Shown here in pieces: positions 8,703 to 15,530 of a stretch of 32,000 nucleotides of DNA (position 1 is the first letter of the stretch; each line of letters begins with the position of its first letter). The notes under the pieces were generated by a model, which was not told the origin of the DNA, made no database searches, and saw nothing but the letters and a program-made list of their open reading frames with translations. Made by a program: the position numbers and the translations under genes. Source of the stretch: Halomicrobium mukohataei DSM 12286 (GTDB lineage Archaea > Halobacteriota > Halobacteria > Halobacteriales > Haloarculaceae); NCBI RefSeq assembly GCF_000023965.1, contig NC_013202.1, positions 750,001 through 782,000 of the forward strand, given 5' to 3'.

Positions 8703-9079
8703 CTTTCGAGACAGACGCTCCGGAACGCTTGCTGCTCGTAGCGGTGACCGTCGGTTACCCCTCGCTGGGTTCCGCTTCGACGGACGACAGTGCGAGACAT
8801 CTCAGTGCCCGGTACGCTTTCCCGTCTCTTAACCTTCCGTCGAGAGTTTCACTGAATGAAACAGTGCACAGTCACCTGGGACCACCGCTACACCGCTCTA
8901 CCGGCGACCAGTCCCATCTCTGCCGCTCGATGCGCCCAGACGGGTCGTCTTCGGATCGACGATTTCGTGGCCTGTCGGTCGAGCCGAGACGAACGGGTAT
9001 CACGCGTTGTACCGTCCTCGCCGTGGCACTAGTCGGTCACGCCGTCACGGTGTGACGTAGCTGCGGTCTGTGGAACCGT

Positions 9080-9817
9080 CTACAACTGCTGCCACAGTTT
9101 CTTGATGGTCTGCACCGGACGACGGAGTCGGTCTCTGGTGTACCGAATCAGTTCCCGTGGATCGTCGACGGCGAATCGAACGAGCGGGACGACATCCTGT
9201 TTGAGTACTTGCGCCGCCTTGATCAGTAGCAGACCAGTCAGTGACAGTATGATCGTGAGTGCGACCAGTCCGCCGATCGTACTCTCGGGCGCGACAAACG
9301 AACTACCGAAGAACCGATCGGAGATCGACAGCAGTAAGAAGACCGCGAACGCACCGCCGGCTACTTTCAGCAGCCGGTTCGCATTGCGCTCCCACGGATT
9401 CTCTTCGAGTCGCTCGAGCAGCGCAGCGCGTGTCTCGGCGCGGACCTCCTGTTGGGTTCGCAGCTCGATGTCCTCCAGGGATCGAGCCTGGTCGGTGCCC
9501 AGTTCTTCGGCGTGCGCCCGACTCGACTCGATGATCTCGGTCTCGTCGTACTCTCGTAGCTGTTGAATCCGCCGCAACACGAGATATGCGTCTGCCAGAG
9601 CGTCTTTGAGTTCCTCGTCGGAAAGGTCCTCGAAGGCCATCTCCAGTTGTCGGTCGGGATAGTCGACCAGCAGTCGAAAATCGACGACGCCGGACTTGAG
9701 CCGTTCCCTGATCCGTTGTTGGTCTCGTCGCCGTTGGTTCTCCTCGAGGGGCTCGAAAGAGTCTTGGATACGCTGTCGCTGCGTTTTCGTCAGTAGCGAC
9801 GCTGACTTCCTCACCAC
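9080..9817 (-). CDS. hypothetical membrane protein (charged coiled N-terminal domain plus 2 TM helices)
   Basis: This is a 245-aa ORF with a GTG start. The N-terminal ~150 aa are highly charged (LTKTQRQRIQDSFEPLEENQRRRDQQRIRERL...). Two hydrophobic helices follow (VAGGAFAVFLLLSI, IGGLVALTIILSLTGLLLI). The start codon is uncertain and no family was recognised. Confidence 0.55.
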   Translation of the reverse strand: MVRKSASLLTKTQRQRIQDSFEPLEENQRRRDQQRIRERLKSGVVDFRLLVDYPDRQLEMAFEDLSDEELKDALADAYLVLRRIQQLREYDETEIIESSRAHAEELGTDQARSLEDIELRTQQEVRAETRAALLERLEENPWERNANRLLKVAGGAFAVFLLLSISDRFFGSSFVAPESTIGGLVALTIILSLTGLLLIKAAQVLKQDVVPLVRFAVDDPRELIRYTRDRLRRPVQTIKKLWQQL

Positions 9818-10005
9818 ATTTTATTTATACTGCGTTCAAACTTAATTGTGGTGATACCGGCGTCCTTGACGGCAGTTGTACACCCGTACAGACCGCTGAG
9901 GCAATTCAAATGCGGTAAACGCGCAGGGTCTGGATCGGAACACCGCACACCGTATCGATCCTGTACGGCCGTACCGACGATCCGCCCAGTGTTAACGGTC
10001 TCTCG

Positions 10006-10013
10006 TTTTTATA
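10006..10013 (+). promoter_or_regulatory. candidate TATA box for the regulator/ABC operon (near-leaderless transcript)
   Basis: TTTTTATA lies 30-37 nt upstream of the ATG at 10043. This spacing is typical of haloarchaeal leaderless mRNAs. Confidence 0.4.
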
Positions 10014-10042
10014 CCATCGGCGGGAAAAGTGACGGCTGCCAC

Positions 10043-10366
10043 ATGAGCCAGTCCCAACCCGCCCCCGAACGACAGGACTCCAACAGGATATACCACGTCC
10101 TGTCGAACAAACACGCCAGGGAGATCCTCAGGCAGATCGCGACCGACAGCAAGACGATCCAGGATTTGACCGCCGTGTGTTCGGCCTCTCGGGTGACGAT
10201 CTACAGACAACTCGATCGACTACAGGAGGCCGGACTCGTCAGCACACAGATGAGCTACGATCCGGACGGCCACCATCGGCGAACGTATCGGGCTCGTCAC
10301 GCAGAGATAACGATCGCGGTCGGACACGAGGGCTTGACGGTAGACATCGACCACAGATGCCAGTAA
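10043..10366 (+). CDS. ArsR-like winged-HTH transcriptional regulator
   Basis: An internal ATG at 10043 (MSQSQPAPERQDSNRIYHVLSNKHAREILRQIATDSKTIQDLTAVCSASRVTIYRQLDRLQEAGLV...) lies within ORF 9848..10366. The upstream extension is basic and unlike real proteins of this genome. The HTH pattern is ArsR/SmtB-like. Its 3' end overlaps the next ATG by 10 nt. Confidence 0.7.
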   Translation: MSQSQPAPERQDSNRIYHVLSNKHAREILRQIATDSKTIQDLTAVCSASRVTIYRQLDRLQEAGLVSTQMSYDPDGHHRRTYRARHAEITIAVGHEGLTVDIDHRCQ

Positions 10367-11307
10367 CACCGATCGAAATTTCCGGTCTCACGAAACGATA
10401 CGGAGAAGTCGTAGCCCTTGACGGTGTCGATCTGACCGTCGAACGAGGAGAAGCGTTTGGGTTTCTCGGACCGAACGGCGCAGGAAAGTCGACCACGATT
10501 CACGCGTTACTCGGGATCGTCGACCCGACCGCCGGAACAGCGAAGCTCTTCGGCCACGACGTCACGAAGAACGCCAAGCGGGTGAGAGAGCGAGTTGGCG
10601 TCGTATCTGAGGGGAGCACACTGTACGATCGTCTCACCGCCCGCGAGCACCTGGCACTGACAGCGCGAATGAAAGGCAGCGAGAGGGATCCAGCCCAGCT
10701 TCTGAAACTGGTCGGCCTGTCCGACGCTGCCGACCGTCCCGTAGGAGAGTTCTCGAAAGGGATGATACAGAGGTTGTCTTTGGCGATAGCACTCGTCGGG
10801 GAGCCGGACCTCCTGATCCTCGATGAACCGACATCGGGTCTGGATCCGAACGGGATCGAGCTCTTTCGAAATATCGTTCGTCGCCGCGTGAGCAACGGGA
10901 CGACGGTCTTCTTCTCGTCGCACGTCCTCTCGGAGGTCGAAGCTATCTGTGACCGGGTTGGAGTCATGCGCGATGGGGCATTGACGACCGTCGAAACGGT
11001 TACAGGGCTCCGAAAAACTCAACCGGCCAACGCTTCGATAGGGTTCGAGCTCTCCCGTGATGGGGCCACCGTGGACGGCCCCGAGAGGATCGTAAACGAC
11101 GTCGATGGCGCCCGCTCTGTCGCAATCGAGGGGCAACGAGTGACGGTCGACGTCGCCTCGAAAGCGGCCAAAATCGAGGTACTTCGACGGATGCTCGAAC
11201 TCGAATGGGTCGTCGACGTGGACATCCACACGGCTTCGCTCCAGTCGGTGTTCCAAGACATATCGACGGCGGACTCGAACGAGGCAATCGCGGAGGCAAG
11301 CCGATGA
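10357..11307 (+). CDS. ABC transporter ATP-binding protein (ABC-2/LanF-like subfamily)
   Basis: Start is set at MPVTPIEISGLTKRYG. It has Walker A GPNGAGKST, a signature-like SKGMIQRL, Walker B LLILDEPTSGLD and H-loop SSHVL. It overlaps the regulator stop upstream and has an ATGA overlap with the permease downstream. Confidence 0.9.
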   Translation: MPVTPIEISGLTKRYGEVVALDGVDLTVERGEAFGFLGPNGAGKSTTIHALLGIVDPTAGTAKLFGHDVTKNAKRVRERVGVVSEGSTLYDRLTAREHLALTARMKGSERDPAQLLKLVGLSDAADRPVGEFSKGMIQRLSLAIALVGEPDLLILDEPTSGLDPNGIELFRNIVRRRVSNGTTVFFSSHVLSEVEAICDRVGVMRDGALTTVETVTGLRKTQPANASIGFELSRDGATVDGPERIVNDVDGARSVAIEGQRVTVDVASKAAKIEVLRRMLELEWVVDVDIHTASLQSVFQDISTADSNEAIAEASR

Positions 11308-12113
11308 CAGTGCGCGAGATAGCGCGGGTCGACCTTCGTCGTGCCAGACGGACCAAAGTCGTGCGAATAGCCGCAATCGTACTGGCGCTGTTTGCGAGCT
11401 TCGTGTTCCTCGGCGCTGGCATGCCGGGCGGGTATCTCGTCCAGATGTATTTCGGCGCGATCCTGTTCCCTCTATTAGGTATCGGCCTGGCGTATCGTTC
11501 GGTCGCCGGTGAATGCCAAAGTGGGAACGTCCAGTATCTCCTCTCGCTGCCGAACGACCGTCTGGAGGTGCTGCTCGGCAAGTGCCTGTCACGGGTCGGG
11601 ATCGCAGTCGTCGTCGTCGTGACCGCGTACACGCTCGTCGGTGTCGTCCTGCCGCTCGCGTCCGACGCCCCCTTGTCGGCGCTTCCCAGCTACGTGCGGT
11701 TCGTCGCTCTCACTGCGCTGTTCGTCACGGCTCATGCCGGCGTCGCTGTCGGCGTCTCCGCCGCAACGCGCAGCACCGGACGGACGCTCGGTGTCATGGC
11801 CGCGTACTTTTTCCTCTTCGACTTCATGTGGGTGTTCCCCGACGGATTTTCGACGGTCATGGCGTTGACGAGGGTGCTCGAAGCGGTGGGCATCACCGTC
11901 TCGGAAACCGCGCGAGCAGGGTTGTGGATCACGAGTCCCGCGGGCGCGTACGTCCACGCCATGGATCCGATTCTCCCGCGGAACTTTCTCGACCCGATTA
12001 CCGTTGACGCGTGGTTTCTCTCGAGCACGATGGCAACGGCCGTCCTCCTGTGTTGGACCGCGTTGCCGCCGCTGATCTGCTATCGATGGTTCGCTCGTGC
12101 CGACCTCGACTGA
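11304..12113 (+). CDS. ABC-2 type transporter permease
   Basis: Start is at MTVREIARVDLRRARRTKVV, with an ATGA overlap onto the ATPase stop. The product is 269 aa with about 6 hydrophobic helices. Its position directly after an ABC-2-type ATPase supports the call. Confidence 0.7.
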   Translation: MTVREIARVDLRRARRTKVVRIAAIVLALFASFVFLGAGMPGGYLVQMYFGAILFPLLGIGLAYRSVAGECQSGNVQYLLSLPNDRLEVLLGKCLSRVGIAVVVVVTAYTLVGVVLPLASDAPLSALPSYVRFVALTALFVTAHAGVAVGVSAATRSTGRTLGVMAAYFFLFDFMWVFPDGFSTVMALTRVLEAVGITVSETARAGLWITSPAGAYVHAMDPILPRNFLDPITVDAWFLSSTMATAVLLCWTALPPLICYRWFARADLD

Positions 12114-12169
12114 ATGCACGGTTCGTCCACCTACTGTTTTTCGGTTACGCTTCTAGAGTGGCAAATACT

Positions 12170-13252
12170 ATGGATTCAAGGGATGAATTCACCCTCATGA
12201 CTGCTGATTCTGGTTCTCTACACGACGAGGAAACCGACCGCGAGACGGCAGCAACTGATCCGACCACCGACGACGAATCCGTTCTCTCCGTCAGAAACCT
12301 GGAGAAACGTTACGGGAGGGGCGACGACGCCGTTGAGGCAGTCACCGATCTCACATTCGACGTCGAGCCCGGCACCGTCGTTGGGCTGTTAGGACCCAAC
12401 GGGGCGGGGAAAACGACGACCATCAAGATGCTCCTCGGGCTCATCATCCCGACAGCGGGGAGCGTCGAGGTAGCCGGTATCGATGTCCACGAAAACCTAT
12501 CGCAGGGTTACAACAGTATCAGCGCCGTGCTAGAAGGTGCCAGGAACGTCTACTGGAGGCTGACGGTCAAGCAGAACGTCCGGTTTTTCGCCTCTCTGTC
12601 GGGCATCGATCCGAACGACAGGGCGAGCTATCACACCGAGTTACTCGACCTCTTCGATCTCACGGAGAAAGCCGACACCGCAGTCAGGGAACTCTCCCGC
12701 GGTCAGAAACAGAAGGTCAGCCTCGCGTGTACGTTCGCCCGGGAGACGGACGTCGTCGTTCTCGACGAACCGACGCTGGGGCTCGACGTCGAGAGTGGTC
12801 TCAATCTGCGTCAGGAACTGAACCGTATCGTCGACGAGTACGGAACGACGGTGATACTCTCGAGTCACGACATGGACGTGATCGAAGACCTCTGTGACAG
12901 AGTGATAATAATGGAGGACGGCGAGATCGTCGCCGACGATAGCGTCTCGAATCTCTTGGGGGTATTTAACCAGCAATGCTACGAGATAACAGTTGATGGT
13001 GACCTCCAAGAAGCGACTCGTCGTCGATTGCGTACCGAGTACGAGGTCGAAGAGTTCGACGGACAGTACGAATCGACCCGGTTTCGGGCCCGGGTCGCGG
13101 ACGACGGCATCTACAACCTGATGCAATCGCTGCAGTCTGCCGGTGTGACGGTGGATACGATCGAGACAGTTCGTCCGGATCTTGAGGAAGTGTTTCTCGA
13201 GGTCACGAATGCAAGACACGCGACGCGTCCAGCGGAGGTGCCGACCCGATGA
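12170..13252 (+). CDS. ABC transporter ATP-binding protein (second copy, acidic N-terminal extension)
   Basis: Start is at MDSRDEF (an alternative is MTADSG at 12197). It has Walker A GPNGAGKTT, signature SRGQKQKV, Walker B VVVLDEPTLGLD and H-loop SSHDM. There is a C-terminal ~100-aa extra domain. Confidence 0.85.
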   Translation: MDSRDEFTLMTADSGSLHDEETDRETAATDPTTDDESVLSVRNLEKRYGRGDDAVEAVTDLTFDVEPGTVVGLLGPNGAGKTTTIKMLLGLIIPTAGSVEVAGIDVHENLSQGYNSISAVLEGARNVYWRLTVKQNVRFFASLSGIDPNDRASYHTELLDLFDLTEKADTAVRELSRGQKQKVSLACTFARETDVVVLDEPTLGLDVESGLNLRQELNRIVDEYGTTVILSSHDMDVIEDLCDRVIIMEDGEIVADDSVSNLLGVFNQQCYEITVDGDLQEATRRRLRTEYEVEEFDGQYESTRFRARVADDGIYNLMQSLQSAGVTVDTIETVRPDLEEVFLEVTNARHATRPAEVPTR

Positions 13253-14079
13253 CCGACACGATCGGACACACGAGGCAGTCCGACGCGAATGCGGGACTGA
13301 CGACGCTGTTCAAGGCCGTCGCAGCCAAGCGAATCCACCTGCTCGTCCAGTATCCGGTGAACACGTTCTCACAGGTGGTCACGCTGTATCTCTTCTTCGC
13401 CGTCGTCTTCTTCGGCGGACGAGAGGCGTCCAGCAGAGTCGCGGACGGAACTGGAGCCCTGTCTTCGACACTCGACGGCGTCATCGTCGGGTGGTTTCTT
13501 CTGACGATGGCGCAGGCGGCGTACTTCGGACTTGCGTCGAACATCATCAGGGAGTCTCAGTGGGGCACGCTAGAGCAACTCCACATGACTCCGTACGGAT
13601 TCGGCACCGTCGTCGCCGTGAAGACCGTTTGGAACGTCGTCGAGAGTGCCGGCTGGGGGCTGCTTATCCTCGCGTTGATGCTGCTTACGACCGGGAGATC
13701 GCTCGTGATCGACGCAGTTGCGGTCGTTCCGATCAGTATCTTGTCGATCCTCTCGATCATCGGGGTCGGGTTCGTCTTTGCCGGCCTGGCGCTCGTGTAC
13801 AAACGAATCGAGAAGGTCACGAGCCTCCTCCAGTTCGCCCTCATCGGACTAATTGCAGCTCCGGTCGTCGAGATCCCCGCGACGAGACTGCTCCCCCTCG
13901 TGCAGGGGTCTTCCATGCTCCAAGCGACCATGCGCCAGGGTGTCGAGCTCACCGAGTTCCCACCGGTCGCGTTCGCGTTGCTCGTCGGCACTGCCTTCGG
14001 CTACCTTCTGGCCGGGTACGTCGTCTTTCTCGTCTGTATGCGGGTTGCGAAACGCCGAGGCGTCATGGGGCACTACTGA
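13249..14079 (+). CDS. ABC-2 type transporter permease (second copy)
   Basis: It has an ATGA overlap with the preceding ATPase. The 276-aa product has about 6 TM helices (VVTLYLFFAVVFFGG, VIVGWFLLTMAQAAYF, GWGLLILALMLL, ISILSILSIIGVGFVFAGLALV, LLQFALIGLIAAPVV, AFALLVGTAFGYLLAGYVVFLV). Confidence 0.75.
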   Translation: MTDTIGHTRQSDANAGLTTLFKAVAAKRIHLLVQYPVNTFSQVVTLYLFFAVVFFGGREASSRVADGTGALSSTLDGVIVGWFLLTMAQAAYFGLASNIIRESQWGTLEQLHMTPYGFGTVVAVKTVWNVVESAGWGLLILALMLLTTGRSLVIDAVAVVPISILSILSIIGVGFVFAGLALVYKRIEKVTSLLQFALIGLIAAPVVEIPATRLLPLVQGSSMLQATMRQGVELTEFPPVAFALLVGTAFGYLLAGYVVFLVCMRVAKRRGVMGHY

Positions 14080-14747
14080 CGGAGATCCACTGCCGGAGAC
14101 GTTCACAGGGGACAACGGTACGCTTGCGACCCGACACGGAGTGGCGGTACAAGAAAGCGAACCGACAGGAGATCCCGAGCGGTGGGAGTCGTCCAGTGGG
14201 CCCTCGTACACTGTCTGCTGGTCGACCGTCGACGGCTGGGAACGGCAGCGAAAACGGTCTGAGAGGCAGAGAATCCGACCGGGAGGGTTCGAAGAGGGCC
14301 ACCACTCGAATCCGCGTGCGCTTGTATCGTCCCGAAACTGATGACCATCAGGTGCTCGGCAGCACTCGATCCGACCGTTTCATGCTACAATGCGAGCAGC
14401 GTAGTCGGCTGACTGACTGCCGGATCACTTCGAAGAATAACGACACAGTTGACGATGGTTTCAGTCGAGGTGGTCCTCTCATCGTCGGTGGTGTCGGGTC
14501 GTTGAGCAACATTGAGAGTGGAGTCCCCCTCCGAACAGTGAGTAGCAAGACCCACTGTATCGGGCGCTATTGACAGATGTAATACACTATGAATGAGTGC
14601 AAAAAGCCGATTAAAGACATCATATCCTGTGATTTCACCCAGATCTGACGACAGACCATTATTTTTAATTAGTAAAATGATAGTTATAAACTAAGATAAA
14701 TATACCTTAATCCATAAATTTAAGTAACTTACTTCCATGATGTCAAG

Positions 14748-14770
14748 TGATGTCAGGTTATCAGACATCA
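14748..14770 (+). promoter_or_regulatory. inverted repeat (TGATGTC-N9-GACATCA) plus tandem GATGTCA(A/G)G just upstream of lanA
   Basis: The sequence tgatgtcaag (14738-14747) is directly repeated as tgatgtcagg (14748-14757). TGATGTC (14748-14754) is complementary to GACATCA (14764-14770), which ends 6 nt before the lanA ATG. It could be an operator or a 5'-UTR hairpin. Confidence 0.35.
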
Positions 14771-14776
14771 TCCAAG

Positions 14777-14908
14777 ATGGCGTACAGTGCGAGCAACGAC
14801 CTGAAGACTGAGCTGGATCAGCTCTTTGATATCGATAGCCCGACGATCAAAGCACACGACAAGAAGTGCTTCACGGAATCCTGCACCTGTTCGATCGCCT
14901 GCTTCTAA
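14777..14908 (+). CDS. lanA: lanthipeptide precursor peptide (LanA), 43 aa, not in the ORF track
   Basis: ATG 14777 to TAA 14906-14908 translates to MAYSASNDLKTELDQLFDIDSPTIKAHDKKCFTESCTCSIACF. The leader is acidic and helix-prone. The C-terminal 13 residues carry 4 Cys plus 2 Thr plus 2 Ser. About 77% of third codon positions are G/C (33 of 43) despite the AT-rich surroundings. It lies directly behind a ~200-bp AT-rich promoter-like region, in the same locus as lanM and the ABC-2 transporters. Confidence 0.75.
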   Translation: MAYSASNDLKTELDQLFDIDSPTIKAHDKKCFTESCTCSIACF

Positions 14909-14924
14909 ACTGGTAGCGCGAGTC

Positions 14925-14943
14925 GCGGCCCAACGGCCGCTTT
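14925..14943 (+). terminator. short GC hairpin followed by TTT after lanA
   Basis: GCGGCC-caac-GGCCGC (14925-14940) is followed by TTT (14941-14943), 17 nt after the lanA stop. The evidence is weak because archaeal terminators are poorly defined. Confidence 0.3.
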
Positions 14944-15508
14944 CATCCGAAATATTTGATTTCCGATCGGAGGGTTCCGGACGGTAGTCCGTGAATTCTG
15001 GTGCTGTCGGCTTCTCGGACAGGATCGAACTGTATACGGCCGAACGACAGTCTGGAGACCGAACTGAGGCGGCAAACCGGTATCGACGCCGGATGAGTAC
15101 GTCACGCGAGGATTGTTCGCGGAACCCATAGCCTGCGCAGATCAGTGTTCCTGGAGATACCGTCGGTCGGCACCAATCGGACCCAGATCAGCGTGAGGAC
15201 CGTTGAGGTCGCCCTGATCGGTGAAATCAACGTCGTCTGGACGTGGACGCTGTTGAGGAGTGTCATCACCAGATTGAGGGCTGGCCAGAGCCGATAGCGA
15301 GTGCGAAGCCCCGACATTGCTCGGCACCGTACCGCGACCAGTCTCCGGTTCGCAAGCCTCGACGCCTGCCTGAACGGCCACCCCACCCTCACGGAACCAC
15401 GCCGATGCCAGACAGTGAGATCGCGACAGAGATTCGCGAAACACCCCATCACCGGACTGCAGCGTGACTGACGCCCGTCCGACGGGGCTTTTTGCCGTGG
15501 GAACTACC

Positions 15509-15530
15509 CACATACACACACACACACACA
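15509..15530. repeat. (CA)n dinucleotide microsatellite
   Basis: The sequence is cacat(ac)8a, 15509-15530. Its last base is the A of the ATG at 15530. Confidence 0.9.

Noticed and set aside
8856-9032. 58-aa ORF MKQCTVTWDHRYTALPATSPISAARCAQTG... in the hydrolase/membrane-protein gap. It was considered as a second precursor.
   Set aside because: It is basic and has no Cys/Ser/Thr-rich C-terminal core. Codon usage is poor and no promoter-like AT block precedes it.
9848-10042. N-terminal extensions of listed ORFs. Examples: 9848 for the regulator, 10177 for ABC ATPase 1, 11205 for permease 1, 12011 for ATPase 2, 17452 for serA, 17863 for the CBS protein, 18582 for glyS, 27146 for mdh, 27167 for the zinc-ribbon protein, 30112 for paralog 2.
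   Set aside because: The extended parts are basic and low in GC3, or overlap the preceding gene. Internal ATGs give canonical N-termini (MKVLVTD for ser[12 protein letters not shown] for mdh, and so on) and typical ATGA coupling.
14341-14412. 23-aa ORF MTIRCSAALDPTVSCYNASSVVG, containing 2 Cys and several Ser/Thr.
   Set aside because: It is too short to contain a leader for LanM recognition. There are no upstream expression signals. It is most likely chance.
14737-14811. Alternative-frame 24-aa ORF MMSSDVRLSDIIQDGVQCEQRPED overlapping the lanA start.
   Set aside because: It overlaps the much better lanA frame, has only one Cys and no core-like region. Its ATGs lie within the repeat/palindrome that looks regulatory.
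15018-15035. tRNA-like T-arm on the minus strand (acag-TTCGATC-ctgt).
   Set aside because: No matching acceptor stem, D-arm or anticodon arm could be built from the surrounding sequence. It is only an isolated 4-bp stem with a T-loop-like heptamer.
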